Below, in pieces: positions 42,294 through 62,942 of a stretch of 64,000 bases of DNA; positions within the stretch are counted from its first letter, which is position 1, and every line of letters begins with the position of its first letter. Position numbers and translations under genes: made by a program. Origin of the DNA: the human T2T-CHM13v2.0 reference genome, Homo sapiens; NCBI RefSeq assembly GCF_009914755.1, contig NC_060927.1; one strand, 5' to 3'. The notes beneath the pieces were generated by a model. The model ran no database searches, had not been told where the DNA came from, and was given only the letters and a program-made list of their open reading frames with translations.

Positions 42294-44300
42294 GTTGTAG
42301 TTTAAAAAAGTTGAAAAGTGCTTTAAATATCTTCTTTTGCTTCTCTGAAACACTTATTTGATGACAGTTCTTCAACATTTCATTAAATAAACAAATCAGT
42401 CATGTAATATTTTTTGAATGCTAGAATTTTATAACTTAATAACCATCTAATCTACACAGATAATGTGGTATACAAAGATAAATAAAACATGGTTTCTGCC
42501 CCACAACGGAGTGAACCAAGGTAAGAGGGAGGTAAGGGACAAGGGCTGAATCTGAGACAAATGTGTATTTCTTGTCTCTAGTTTCAGGACAAGACAGCAG
42601 ACTGGTAGAGTATTCCTTTAAAAATCTAATTTTTGCTACACTCTTTCCTCTGTTAATATAATTTAATATTTCTGTAAGAGAAAAAAGTCTAAGGTATTCA
42701 TGAAATTATCAGGAATAGAAACCTTTTTTAAGGTCTCATATTTCTGAATACAAATTTATTCAGGACTAGGTTTTCAAGGGTGCATTTAAAGAATATAGTT
42801 ATTCCTAATAATATATATCATCATATGAACAGGACATGTGTTATTAAATGTCTGTAATCCTCAAGATAAATGCTAGTTATGACTCTACTTCACCCTTGAC
42901 ATTTTTTTAAGACTGTGTGGATGGCTTTGGCTCTTTATAGAGATGGAGTACAGATTCCCTGCTCTCCCTAGACAGAGCAACTTCTTGGGGTACCAGTTTA
43001 TCCAGAAATAGCTGTAGACTTATATTCTATGAAATGTTTTGTATGAGCAAAAGGGGAGCTGTGAGCTATGTAGATCCCTAAAGAGCCTTCTGGTAATTCT
43101 TTAAAATCAGGCTCACTGAATTACCTGCTTTGGAGGTCATAACTGCCTCAGTCTAAAAGTTGTTAACTAATTCTAGGGAGTTCAGAGGCCTGCAGTGATG
43201 AACACCATGACCTCCCCAACTCCTCCCTAAATAACCGTGACACAAGGGATAAAGATTCCATCCAAGAGTTAAACCATGACATTTGACATTGTAGCTACTC
43301 TCTATCTGTCTTAGAACTTTTTAAAGAATGAATCAGTATTCCTGAGTGAGGTCAATTCTGGAATTCCAGTATGTTTGAGTTTCTGAGCAGTGAGTATAAT
43401 GCCACCTTGTGTTATCAGGGATGGAATTGTCTTGGGACCAGCTGGCCTTCTCCAGCCACACCCTTTTCATGGCTAGCTGTTGGAGTCTTTCCTTTGGATT
43501 CTACATAAGCACCTTTTCAAAGAGAATAAAAAGTTAATACTTTTAAAACATTCAATGAAGTTCATAGTAGAACAGGATTTGCTAGGTTTGTGAAGCCCCT
43601 CTCTGTACAGCTCTGTTGGGGCTGGGAGAGAAAATCTAGAAGACTGTAGGTATGGCAGACAGTGCATGCTCCTGGTGCCTGGGCAGTGGTGGAGGAGGAA
43701 AGGGCCTGGATAGAACACATAGAGCAGCCCTGGCTGCCATAAGAGTACTAAAGCCAGAGCAGGTGAGCCTGAGGGCAGGAGCCAGGACACAGCAGGGGTC
43801 AGGCCAGCATGGAGCAGATGTGGGACCTTTCTGAGTTTGGGTCCTGTTTGAGGTTGGGGAGGAGGTGGGAAAGGGATCATTGCTCTTTGTTACTCATATT
43901 TTACTCTCCCCTAAAGCCAACAGAAATGGGGAAAAAATAGGTTGGAGAAATTAAGAAGTTAGTTAAGAAACCATGTATTAAGTTACTGAAAGAGTTCAAA
44001 GTAGCTTTCCTCTTTTACATTCTATTCCCTGACCCACCTGGAAAGATACGAAGCCAGAAACCTTCATCAGAGGAGTTCATTAGGCCTTATTATAAACTAA
44101 GCACATTTGATCACATGGTTCAAATGTGTAATTATTTAATTTGAGAAAAAATAATTTATTCTCTTGATTCAAGATAATGGTGCAGTAATATAATAAAACT
44201 TCATGTGACTTCGGATGACAAAGCTGATTTGAAGTTATTTATTCAACTAGAATTTTATAGTAGAATAATTTCTACTGAAAACATAAGAAGCCATATATTA

Positions 44301-44690
<390 letters not shown>

Positions 44691-44770
44691 CTATTTAAAG
44701 TACTTGCTCCAGCACAGGTTGAACTTCCAAACAGGTATTTCTTTCTAACTGGCTTGAAATGCTTTTTTAA

Positions 44771-45109
<339 letters not shown>

Positions 45110-45309
45110 CTTTTTTTTTTTTTTAAACATCTTTGGTGTATGTATTTGCTGTGCTCGTATATAAGCTCTTACCATTGCCTCTGTTTTTCAAAATGGAAAT
45201 ATCTCTTTGTTTTTGCCTTCATCTTTAGTTATTTATGTAATTTAATCAATGCTTTCACCAACTTGAAAAAAATGCCTTAAGTCAAAGTGGCTATATTGGT
45301 TTTTTTCTT

Positions 45310-46760
<1,451 letters not shown>

Positions 46761-47240
46761 TCTGCCTGCCTGCCTGCCTTGGTTCCTCCCTTCCTTCCTT
46801 TTTCTCTCTCTTTCTTTCAGCAGAAACCATCTCTTCTCTTTTCTCTGCTCCCATATTTCTGGAGGGAAACAGAGAGTGGTATGGAACTGAAACAAAGAAG
46901 AAAGAAACCAGAGAATGTAGTAATGCTGAACAGGTTCAGAAGTGCTGTACAGCATTCTAGAATAGCTCTGTTCTACAACCTTGCCCAGTGACACACATAT
47001 AAATAGGCACTTCTGTGGGTCAACCATGGTACTTTGACCCACTTAGTTTCCTGGCAGAGGTGAGAATAACAAGGCAATTCTCTCAAGATTTGTGCGCATA
47101 ATCCTGGTTATAATGGATTCATGATTTTGTACCTGTCAACATTTAAAAGAGGAATGGACTTGACAAAGCTTCGAAGATTTGTTTCTACTTGATTATATAA
47201 TATTTTAAGTGACCATAACAGGTTTCAATTTTTAAACTGA

Positions 47241-47468
<228 letters not shown>

Positions 47469-48259
47469 TGACGATGCTGATAACCACGCATGCTGTTCAA
47501 ATGGCCCATGTACAGGCAATTGTGGTTTACAGTGTTGCTATATAAAGTGTCTTAGTACAGCAACTTCATAGACTCATAATTTTTCTGATACTTCTGGTCA
47601 AATAAAGATACTATCTTTTTATTGTGAGTAGTTTTATCGTACTCTATCTGTGAAGCTGAATTTCAGCTTAATATTGCAGTTGCTTTGCTGACTACTCACC
47701 TATGTCCTCTCATTTCTCTCTCCTAGTGAACCACTTCCTTTTCATTGAGCAATCATACTTCTTTAAACATAAGCTTTGAGTGTAAAATACTGAATGCACA
47801 TTCCTATGTATGTCATATTATCTTAATTTGCCAAAATATCTTAATTTACCAATCCTCCCTTATATACTTTATTAGATGATTTGGATGACTTGACATTATC
47901 TCTGAAATGCTAAATATCTTTCAGGCTCAGAAATTAACTCTTAGAATGTAATAAAATCTGGCCTAGGCCTATATTATGTGAACCTATAAAATTAATAAGT
48001 GAGACTACCTTTAGAAATTATTAGAAATTAGCTTATGTAACTCACTTAGTTGTATTAATAGCTGGGAAACTGAGAACCAGAGAGGTTAACTAATTCCTCC
48101 AAGGACATAGAGATAGTTGGTTCATGGTAATGATTTTTAAATGAGATTACTTTCCCCCCCATTGTAACAGATAGCTGTGATCAAGTCTGCGTCCCAGACA
48201 AAGAAGATGTTCATATCTGGGCTCTAGTTTTGATTCTTGTTTCCTGGCCCACTTTATGA

Positions 48260-48583
<324 letters not shown>

Positions 48584-51510
48584 AACACCCGTACTTTAAA
48601 GCAGAGGCTCTACTTTCAGGCCTAGATGGCAAATTAAAAATATGCTGAAACCTTCCCTTTCTGCTCTGAATGCATAAAAATTACAGGAAAAAATTAATAA
48701 ACATGTAGACACACTTAAAAGCAAGAAAGAAAATATTCGTAATGTAGAAATGGAGACTTTTTCCTAAGAAAGAAGTAGCTGGGAACCTTTGGTGGTGAGT
48801 AGGAGCTGTGCATGGCAGGGAACCAGGTCCAAGTCACCTGCCTGAAGGTGAGGGGCCAGCGCCCTTCTCCTGCACACTGGTGCAACTGAAGCCTGGTGCC
48901 TGCCCAATAAAGATTATAGACAGAGCAGAGTCAGGCATTCCTGCCTGTGGCCTTGGACTTTACCTCTTGGTGTGATAAGGACTTGGCGTTAAACTGCAGA
49001 AGGACAAGAGCCAGGCAGAGGCTCAGAAATGCTTCATTAGGCATAAAACAAACAAAAAAAACAACCTAATCTGGTACACTGTCATAGCAGAACTGAAGTT
49101 AAAGTGTCAATAAAAGCCTCTATGAGACAGGCCTACTCCTACCATTTGTGGGACCCAGGACTCTAAGGGAGGCCCACCTACCATATGTATAGATATTTTA
49201 AAATTATAAATCAAGCTAATATCTGTTAAGTAAAATACGTTGGGTTTTTTTTTTTTTTTTTTTCACAAACATCTTTATAACAAGTTAAAAGGACAAGTTT
49301 AAATTGGAATTCTTAGACTCCTGGGATTCCATACTGTAATGCAGCAGCGAGGTGAGAGCCTGCTGTGGCCTGCCCTTTTCTCTCCCCACCCTGGCTCTGC
49401 TCTACATCTGAGGGGCCTGTCATGCATGCCCGTGATTACCCCAGCTCTTCTTCTCAATGTTCACACATCCCTACGAACAGCTGCCATTTGGCCCCACCTT
49501 GGGCTTCAGGGTGAAGAAACAGCAGCATATAGTATGCTCTCAGGAATCTGAATCCTGTGAAGAGGCCCATGGAACCTTTGGAAGCAGGCTCGGGGCCATT
49601 TGTAGGAGGATTTCCAGGACCACCTGGAAATAGCTCCAGGTGGGCATGAGGCCTTGGACTCCTCACCTTGTGGTGATGAGCAGGGTTCTAAGAATGAATT
49701 TAGGTAGTAGCCACTCGCAGGTCAAGGCTGCTTATTGACCAGGGTGCTTATGAGAGAAACCTGCAGCTGGTCTCCACCCAAGAACCCCAAAGCACACAAG
49801 GAACAGAGACACCAGGAGTGACCCACAACAAATAAAGGAAATGGAAGAATAAATTTCTGAGTAAACAGAAAATGGAGCAGTCTGAAAAGGACTTAGGAAG
49901 TGCTTTCTATATTCTCAAAAGGATGAGGGGGAAATAGCAACACCAAAACAAGAATGGGAGTCATGAAAAAGAACCAGTTGGAATCAAGGGGGAGGAAAAC
50001 TATAACGTTTGAAATAAAGTGAACTCAATAGTAGAATAGACGGAGCTGAAGAGCAAATTAGTGAAATGACAGATTAAATGGACACATATTCCACAATGCA
50101 ACATATAGTGGTAGAACAAGATAAAAGAAAAGGAAGAGCTGTGGGGGCTAGGACATGAGTATAGGGAAAATGGTAGAGAAGCAATGCAAGAATCAGTGGC
50201 TGAGAACTCCCCAGAACTAAAGAAAGACATTAGCCTTCACACTGAAAAATTCCACTGAGTACCAAGCAGAATGATTTTTTAAAAACTCACACCTCCTAAT
50301 AAAAGAGAAAGAAAAAGTGAAAAAACTATTAGAAAAACTATTAGAAAGATAACTCAGATTACCTACAAAGAAAAAAAAAGATGGATATTTTGTAGTATTG
50401 CCTTTAAGGTGCTGTGGGAAAATGATTGCAAACCTAGAATTCTTTTACCAGGCAAACTATTATTGAGGAGTGAAGGCGAGATAAAGACATTTTCATACAT
50501 AAGAAGAATATCTATCTCATAGGATACTGTAAGGATTAAGTAAATTTATTTATGTAATGTGTTCATACCTACAATCCAGCAATTTCACTCCTAAGTATAC
50601 ATCAAAAAAAAAAAAAATGAGCACATTATTCTGCTAACGGAAATGCATAGGAGTGTTCACCAAAAGACATATACAAGAAAACTCACAGCAGCATTAATTA
50701 TGATAACTCCAAACTGAAAACAACCCAAATGTCCATCAACCATAGAATGGATGAATGAAATATAGTCTATTCACATAATGGAATTCTATATAATAATGAG
50801 AATGAAGTACAACTACATGTGATTACAAGGGAGATTGTAGATGTGTATATAATCGCGTATATAATGCTGAACAAAATAAGATACAGAAGAGTGCCTACAC
50901 TGTGATTTCATTTACATAAAATGTAAAACCAATCAAAACTAAATTAACGCATTAGGAATGAGAATGGTAGCTATCCTTGGGGCAGGTAGTGACTGGGAAG
51001 GGAGTATCATGGGCATTCTAGTGTTCTGGTAATATTCTATTCCTTGATCTGGGTGCTGATTATATGGGATGTTTGTTTTTGTTTATGTATGCTGTACATT
51101 CATGAAAAGTTTACATAAAGATAAGGGAAAAATAACGACAGTGAAAAAGGATGACACTGTAAGCACTGCGGGGATAAAATTAAGTGCTTATGATGTGTCA
51201 AGAACTGATCCAAGTGCTTTACATTTTAAACCTATTCAGTCTTCACATGTTAAATGAATAATAAAGTTGAAACAAATAGTTGACAATACAGATCTTTTAA
51301 AAGGCAAAAGAAATGGTCATTAGGGCCATAAGTAATTTTCTAATGAAGATTAATAATACAGCCAAGCCTCTTGTAGGAAGCATCAAGAAAGAAGACAGAA
51401 GATGCAAACAGAGTATTGGGATAGAAAGGGGGACAGAGTAACTACAGAATAAACGACTTAAGAAATACGAGAGTGCTATGAATATCTTTTGCCCTATATT
51501 TAAAAACTTA

Positions 51511-52176
<666 letters not shown>

Positions 52177-52404
52177 TCACAAACCTGAATAGAAGAGTAA
52201 CTATAGAAATTGACCTGGTAAAAAGAAAAAAAAATTCTTTTAAGAGCACCAGGCCTAAACAGTTTTACAGGTAAGTTTACCACACCTTTAAGGAACAAAT
52301 AAACTGCTTTATGCAACTTCTTTCAGGAAACACAGAATAAAAGTTAATTTATTCATTTTATGAGACCAGTATAGCCTTAATTTGAAAACTGAATGAGGAC
52401 AGTA

Positions 52405-52733
52405 CAGTTATTACTTAGTATTGGTAGCACATTGATTTTAGGACCCTCCAACCCTACCAAGATTTTTGGATGCGCAAGTCTCTTATGTAAAATGGCATAG
52501 CATTTGCATATAACCTACACACATCCTCCCATATATTTAATCTCTAGATTACTTATAATTCCTAATGCAATGTAAATTATACATAAATAGTTATTATACT
52601 GTATTGTTTAGGGAATAATGACAAGAAAAAAGTTTGTACATGTTCAGAACAGACACAGTTTAAAAAAAAATAATTTCAACCTGCAGTTGGTCAAATCCAC
52701 AGATGTAGAACCATGGATATGAAGGGCCAACTA
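52405..52733 (+). mobile_element. MER2 (Tigger-family MITE)
   Basis: tttgcatataacctac, tctctagattacttataat, gaagggccaactata. Confidence 0.75.
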
Positions 52734-53575
52734 TACTAGTAAGGAAACTTACAGGCCAATCTCACATATGAAGAAATATGCAAAAAAATTCTAAATAAGA
52801 TACTAGCAATCTAATCTTGCTGTATTTTAAAAGAGTGACTTATAACCAGATGGAGTTAATCAGAGAAGTTCAAGTTTGTTGCAATACCAGAAAGCCATTC
52901 ATGTAATTTACCATTTTAACCGAAAACATAGGAAAAATCCTCTGGGTGCAGGAAAAAGTATTTTATAGCATGCAGTGCTCATTTATGACATATACTCTGA
53001 ATAAACTGGGAGCAGAAGGAAACTTTAGAGACTTAATAAGGAATATCTACCACAGCCTGTAATAAACATCATACTAAAGGTGAAACTTCAGAAGCTTTAC
53101 CTTAAAAGAAAAAGACATTGGTAATGCTCATTATCACTACTATTTAACAACGTAGAGGAGATCTTAGCCCAGAGTTTATCAAGCCTGGCTATGATCTCTC
53201 CTTTCAGGAACATTTGGGAATATGAGTGGCATTTTTCTATGTAATAATGATAGGAAGTGCTTCTGGTATTTAGCTCGTGGGACAGGGTATAGCTGATAGG
53301 CTGGCATGGATACTAAACATCCTGTACTGCTTGGGGGAGTTTCATACAAATAATTATCTGCCCATTATGGCAATAGCACCCTGGTTGAGGAACACTGAGT
53401 CAGTGCAGCAAGATAAGAGAAAAATGGAGGCATGGCGATTAGAAAGAAGCAGCAAAACTATCCTTATTTGCACACGTGCTCTCTTAGAAAAATAAATTAT
53501 CAGAACTAAAAAGAGAGTTCAACAAGAAGTCAACATAGATCAGTCGCTTTCCTATATGAGAGAAATATCCAATTA

Positions 53576-54486
<911 letters not shown>

Positions 54487-55572
54487 GAAAAAAATTACAT
54501 GCACGGTAGCAATGAATAACAAAGTGCCTAGGGAATCACTTAATAAAAATGTACAAGGGATTTATGGTGAAAAGTATAAATTATTCTTTAAGCACATAAA
54601 CAAAGATTTGGTGAAAAGAGAGAAAATATTTATCAATGGGAAACTCATGCTTGAATAGATAAGACTTCTCCCTCAAATAATTTATACCTTCGAGTAGTTC
54701 TAATCCAGATTCCCACTCTCAATATAACTATGCCTGGGTAAATTAGCACTTTTCATCTTCTCTTCCCAGAAATTATACAAAAGCAAAAGCAACAATACTC
54801 CCACGAACTCCATTTTCAGTAAAACTAAAAATATATGTAATTCATGAACCAGTAAATATTTGTAAGGACTGCAAAAAGCAGCTGAGATTGGGCAGATGCA
54901 ATGTGGGAGGAAGTGAAGCATGCACCGTGGGAGAGGAACCATTAGGGGATCTCAGAAGGCAGGGGCAAAAATATACTTCTGAGGGTAAATTAAGCAATAT
55001 CCAGAATTAAAAATAATCATATTTTATGATGTAGCTGCTAGACTCTAGCATTTCTACTTCTAAGAATCCTAGAGAAGCTCACATATGGTACAATGAGACC
55101 AGTACAAGGATGTTTGTTGCAACATTATGTATGATCAAAAAATTAAAAGCAATCTAAATGTCATTTGAGAAGATAGATAGCTTAAATTGTAATAAAGCCT
55201 TACAGTGGAAGAAGGAAACTAGATCTGTATATATCAGTACAGCTAGGCTTCCAAAACAAAGATGAGTAAAAAAAGCAAGCTGCAGAATGAATAGCTATAG
55301 TACAATACCATGTATGTAAATATTAAATAAACATCAGTACTGTGTCTTGCTTCTATAGAATTCATTTTTGGTTCATATTTGCTTTTACTAGACAGGAAGT
55401 ATAGTATAGTGCACAAAAATACGAGGTTCAGACTGCCATGTGCAAGTTACTTAGCCTTTTAGCCCTTCAGTATCTTTATTTGTAAAACAGGCGTAATTAT
55501 GTTTATGTGATAGGGATTTGTTGAAGATTAAATGCATTAGAAAAGTGCTTGGCATAATAAAAGTGCTTAAAT

Positions 55573-55879
<307 letters not shown>

Positions 55880-56423
55880 GTGCTTGGCATAATAAAAATG
55901 CTTAAGTAATGTTAGGTTTTATTATTATTATAATTCATAGACACATAAATTTGTATATAAAATGTTAAGATTGAATAGAAAACCACAAATTCCTTTTTGT
56001 GTTTACTTGGGGAAATGGGAGAAGGGAATGGGGCTCAATGTGGTAGTTAAAAGGTACATCGGCTTTATTTATAAGGTTTCAATTTTTTATTAAAAAATGT
56101 GAAGTATATATGACAAAATGTGTACAGTTGTTAAGTCTGCATATTTATGGTATGATTTTCATAGTTATTTTTTAAATTACTAAAGAAAATGCCACGCAAG
56201 ACCCACCAAATAATATGTAGATACATATATATACATATATACACATACATATATGTGGTATTTTGTATACAGATTTATTTACTTCTTTATACATCTATAA
56301 AAGTAAAAAGATGAGCTGGTGGTATTACTCCTCACCAAATGCATCATTGTGACTGCCTCTGGGAAGGTGATCAGAATGAGGAAGCAGAGTACAGAACTTT
56401 AGCCTTCTCTATAATACCCTAAT

Positions 56424-56614
<191 letters not shown>

Positions 56615-57152
56615 TAATATTAAAAACAAGAGATAGTGAATTCATATATTACTTATTTGCTTTTTAAAAGCATAAACATTGCAAAAGATCTGAATAAGAC
56701 ACAAATCTTAGGCATGCCCTACTGTACGTGGTAGAAATATGACCTATTACTTATTTCCTTAGATTTTTCTGTATAATTATATTTTTAAATGAAAATAAAA
56801 CAAAGGTTGGCTTATTGTGGTTCAGTGATCAAACAGGAAACTTGTTCCAGCCTCCCTTTCCTTTACCTGCTTTTGCAAGGCCACATTTAGAGGTGCTAGG
56901 CACCTAAGTGTGCTGGCATCCTCAAAACTTGATCCAGGGAGGCATACGTTGGCTTAGGTCTCAGCCAGTGTCTCGGAGCTGGTCAGGAGACATATCCAGT
57001 GGCCACATCCTCCTGCCTGACCTACAGGTATTGTGTCTTTGAATGCTTAAAGTTGCAGGTAAGAGATAGCCCTAAATTTTACATTCACTATGGGGACAAA
57101 ACCCAAAGATGGTGAATTCTCAGCTAGTGATTAGTGTCTTCATTTTCTGTTA

Positions 57153-57503
<351 letters not shown>

Positions 57504-57842
57504 TTACCCCATATTTTTCCCACCTCAGGGCTCTGAAAATGCCTTGTATTTCAGTATATAAATTTGTTTATTACAGAGCATTCCAAGGTGTGATTATTCA
57601 GTAGTCACTTAATATTCTTCAAATGCATTCCAGCATTCTACATGCAACTAAAATGTCTTATGGCTCAATTACTAGCAAGAGGCAGTGGGGCACAGATAAC
57701 ACAAGCTGTGAGGCACATCTAGAGGCTGTTCCCTAATGTCATGTTATGCTGTCATGGCCCTTGAATTTGGAGAAGAGGAAAGGAACTGACAGGGAGTTAA
57801 TTATATACTGGGGGGTGCATGGGTCAGCTCACTTGTTCCTAA

Positions 57843-58043
<201 letters not shown>

Positions 58044-59547
58044 TAGGTTCTCTATCACCCAGACAACTGTTCCTGCACTGGTGGGAATAATGTTAATACT
58101 TTATATCTGCAAAGCATTCTCCCAAATGTATGGGTTGAAAAGCAATCCTCAACCTATAGAGATAGGAAATTGGGCATCCGGTTCTTTCAGGAGCAGTCAC
58201 ATGCTTCTGATGTGGTCCAGAAGCTCTGTATAATTTTCCCTCCAAAAACATTAAAATGTAGAATGCCCTCTGTGTGTTTGAAGAAGCTCAGCATGGAACC
58301 CAGGTTTGAACAACTCCTGAAGGGCATCTCTGATTCTTCTTTTCCCTTTTCTCTTTAGTATCTATCTTAACTGTCACAGAATCCCACTAATTTCTGCAAA
58401 GCACCTTTCAAACTGTCCCTTCATGTTCATTCCCAGCGCCACTGTCCCAGTGCCTGGGCTTTCTTCATACCCCTTCAAACAGCCTTGGCACTAGTCCTAG
58501 CTCTTACCCACCCCCCACCCCGACCCAAGACACTGGGTTCACAGTCAGGATGCCTTGCGTGCTAGCTAGAGCTGATGGGGCCTTTCCTAGTTAAAAGACA
58601 AATTATGGAATTCTTCCATTAAGAGATGAGTATATAACAATATACATAAATAACAATATGCTGAGGTACTTGTGGTTGGGTTTTCAATTATTTTAACTGA
58701 TATATTTTCAGTAATGGAGTTGTTGCTGATATGTGGAAATGATAAGAGATTATGAGAACCAAAAAATTATAACTCTCTAGCAAGAACAAAGGAAGGGCGT
58801 TTGCTGAGTTTGTCCTTTGTGCTAGGCTGTGCTGACGCACTTTATTGCTCTAAGCAATGCTACCAAGGACCCTTACACACAAGAGAGGGACCTAGAGAGT
58901 TAGAGTCTCAGCTTGGTGCTAAATTTGGAATATGTTAAATTTTTTGCAACACCTTCAGATTAAGCCTGAATCTAGGCTTTGTGATGTTTTGATAAAAGCT
59001 TGCAATTTAGTAAAAAAATAGTGTTTGGGCAAAGTAGGTGTCAAATACCCAATCCTGTTGGCAGAAATTTAAATTTATTATTGTACTTTGGAAAGATATG
59101 TGTCTTTTCAAAAGGCATTAAAACTGTTAAAAATGTATCTGGCCAGAGTGAAAACGTCATCTGAGAAAGCAAGTACATTTGTTAAACTGAGGGCAATTTT
59201 AATACATGTATTTTGAGTCCCTTTTACATGCTAGACTCTGTGCTGTGAGTTGGGAAAATAGGGATGAATAGGAAACTGCTCTTCCTGACAGAGCTCCTTA
59301 TGGTCCACTGGGGCAGGGGGAGCAGGGAAGGTGGACAAGGAAGGGACAAAAGATCTTAGTTAGATCAACCCCTCTCAGGCTGTGTCTATCAGGTGATGTG
59401 CTGTTCTGTACAAAAAGTGCTTGGTGGAACCCAGGTGAAAGAACAGTTAGTTCTATTTAAAGTGGGCGATTTGAGAAAGAAAACTACTAAGAGGAGGTAG
59501 CTTCTGAGCTGGGTTTTGAAGGGTAGGTAAGAAGCCATCAGGCAGAT

Positions 59548-59880
59548 AGTAATATCAGACAATAATATCAGAAGCTATCAGGTAGACCAATACTTGAGAA
59601 GTGTTGGTCTGAGATTTTTTGCACCGTCTCCTTGCCCATCTGCCTGCCCCTTCCTGCCCCAGTGAACTATAAGGAGCTCTGTCAATAATATCAGATTGAT
59701 GATGATAATGATGATGATGATGATGATGATGATAATGATGATGATTAGTGGACTATAAGGAGCTCTGTCAATATCAGATAAGTGAATGGTAAGGAGCTCT
59801 GTCAATAATAATAATATGATAATGATGATGACGAGTGGACTATAAGGAGTTCTGTCAATGATATCAGATGAAGAAGAAGA
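59548..59880. repeat. Composite repeat: four copies of taaggagctctgtcaat interleaved with (GAT)n
   Basis: Directly visible. Confidence 0.85.
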
Positions 59881-61021
59881 TATCTATAGAGCATGGAACA
59901 CTTATAGAGGGCTTACTATGTGCCAGATGATGTTCTAAGCATGTAGACCTCAAAGTGTGGTCCACAGACCAGCAGCATCAACATTACCTTGGAACTTGGT
60001 AGCAATGAGGTGATCAGGCCCCATCCCAGGACCTACTGAATCAGGGGTTGAGGCCCAGCAATCTGTGTCAGAACCTGCCCTCCAGATTATGCTGCACTCT
60101 TAAATTTGAGACTATTGTTAGAGCACTTCGTGTATACATTAACTCACGTAATGCTCACAGCAACTTCATGAAGAGGGTACTATTATTATCTCCACTTTAC
60201 CATTGAAGAGATTGAGGTCAGTGGTGACATGGAAAATTGAACCTAGCATTTCTGACTCTAAAGAGAAAGGTGACTGGGGTGTGTGGCTTAGTTTTAAAAA
60301 TGCCTACCTCTCCATACTCATTTGTCACTACACTCTCGCCCCTCTCAAGTGCATTCACTCTGAGAAACCCTGCCAGTGTGACATCTTGCTGTCCCTCCAG
60401 TCCTTTTGAGTTGAACATTCAGCTTCCCCTGCTGAGGCCCTGCTTTTCCTTTGTCAATGTAGCAAATCCCAACCCTGAGTTAACAGCTCCTCTAAGGAAG
60501 GCTTCCCCACCTGTTCCCTCTTTTCCCCCTGCCCTATCCTTTCTTCTTCCACGAAGAGTTTTCACTCTTCTAGCCTGGTATGTATCTCCTTGTGCGGGAA
60601 ATGTCGGTTCTTATGCCTATTCCACCAGAACAGTGCTTGTTGAGAGAAGGTGTTTTATCTTGTACATCATTGTTCCTGCCTGGCATATGGTGGGCACTTA
60701 ATAAATATTTGACAAATGAATAAGTGAATAAATTCAGGTATGAATTTCTAAGCAGGAGTAAAATGTATGTTCAAATCTCTGTTTTAGGAAGGAAAACCTT
60801 GACAGCTGGGTGGAGCAAAGATTAGAAGGAGGACAGACTAGCAGCTAGGAGTCCACTTTAGGAGTGATATGACCAGACATGAGCCAGGGAATACAAGAAG
60901 CATTGCCGAGGAGAGATCCTTAGCAGCGGGAAGAAGGTGTAAGAGGGTCAGACTTCTGGGGGAACAAATGAGTAGGGTTTTGTTTTGTTTTTTTAATTGT
61001 CAAGTGGTGACTGGAGATTCA

Positions 61022-61360
<339 letters not shown>

Positions 61361-61911
61361 AGAAATATCTAAGCTGGAGGTACAGATAACAGTCATCTGT
61401 GCATTGTTGGATGCACATGAGCAAGGTAGCCCAAGGAGAACAAGTTGAAGGTAGGAGGAAAGGAAACAAACATTTGTTGAGTACCTATTATATGCCAGGA
61501 ACTGGCATTTTCACCTCACTCCTTAGGATAGCATGCCAGAACCGCATTTCCTCTTCACTCCCCCTATTATGTAACCCTCCAGGAATACCACTCAACCTGG
61601 CACTGTGCACAAACCTCTTACTGTTCCTTTAGGCCCACCTGCCTAGAGAGCCCTTCTTTTACCCCATCTGCCTGGCATAATCTTCTTCATCCTTGAGAAC
61701 TACACCCATATATATTCCTATTATATAGAGAGTCTCTATTGAGTTGCCTCCCCCACGCCCTCAATTCATCTGTCATACTTTTGCCAGAGTGGTCTTTTGG
61801 CAATACATGAATATGATAGCAGCCCACAGAGAAGAGCCTGTCTGTGGCAGCTGTTCCCTTGCCCTCTGTTTGAGATGCCATATGCTTCTTTATGTTTTGT
61901 AATTTACTTGA

Positions 61912-62085
<174 letters not shown>

Positions 62086-62293
62086 TGAACAATGAAGACG
62101 GTGGAAAAGTGGGCTTTGCTTTGGATCTTTGACCAAACCTGACTTAACTATGATATAATTCTGTTTTGGTCCTGGGAATCACATAGGTAAGGGCTAAGAG
62201 ATGAGTTATTTCTTAAAGGTAGAAGAATGGAGGAAATTCCCTTACTAAGAAAATCAAGTGATGGTGTCCTAACAGGTAGTCGAGTTACTGAGA

Positions 62294-62295
<2 letters not shown>

Positions 62296-62342
<47 letters not shown>
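62296..62342. repeat. (TG)n microsatellite
   Basis: Long perfect dinucleotide run. Confidence 0.95.
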
Positions 62343-62343
<1 letters not shown>

Positions 62344-62646
62344 TGGGATAAGTGTTGGGTTCCCCATATTCATGGTCCACAGCCCTGGATAAAGAGCCCT
62401 GTTTCTTACCCTTTCTTCATTTTGCCCTTAAAGGAGACATTTTAGACATCCTTTTTCCTAATCACCTTGCTACAAGAAATTTTAATACCGCAGATATAAC
62501 ATATATATGTTTATGTACTATATGTATATGTATTCTGTACTTTATACATGAAAAGAGGAAGTATATGGTTTATTATTTTTATTCACTGCAAGATTAATAA
62601 TGACTGAATTAAAGATTCAAGTTAAATTTATATTTGAAAAATTTAA

Positions 62647-62942
62647 GGCCGAGAGAGGTAGCTCACACCTGTAATCCCAGCACTTTGGGAGGCTGAGGTG
62701 GGAGGATTGCTTAAGGCTAGAAGTTCAAGACCAGCCTGAGCAGCATAGTGAGACCACGTCTCTACAAATTTTTTTTAAAAACAGCCTGATGTAATGGTAC
62801 ACATCTGTAGTCATAGCTACTTGGAGGCTGAGGTGGGAGGATGGCTTGAGCCCAGGAGCTCAAGGCTACAGTGAGTTGTGATAGCACCACTGCACTCCAG
62901 CCTGGGTGACAGAGACCTTGTCTCAAAATAAATAAATAAATA
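62647..62942 (+). mobile_element. Alu (J-like)
   Basis: Dimeric Alu with a (TAAA)n tail. Confidence 0.88.

Noticed and set aside
49125-49790. Possible hAT-Tip100 (MER115/Zaphod-like) remnant
   Set aside because: Only a vague resemblance from memory; terminal repeats and boundaries could not be established.
59578-59805. Poly-isoleucine ORF
   Set aside because: It is the translation of the (ATC)n microsatellite.
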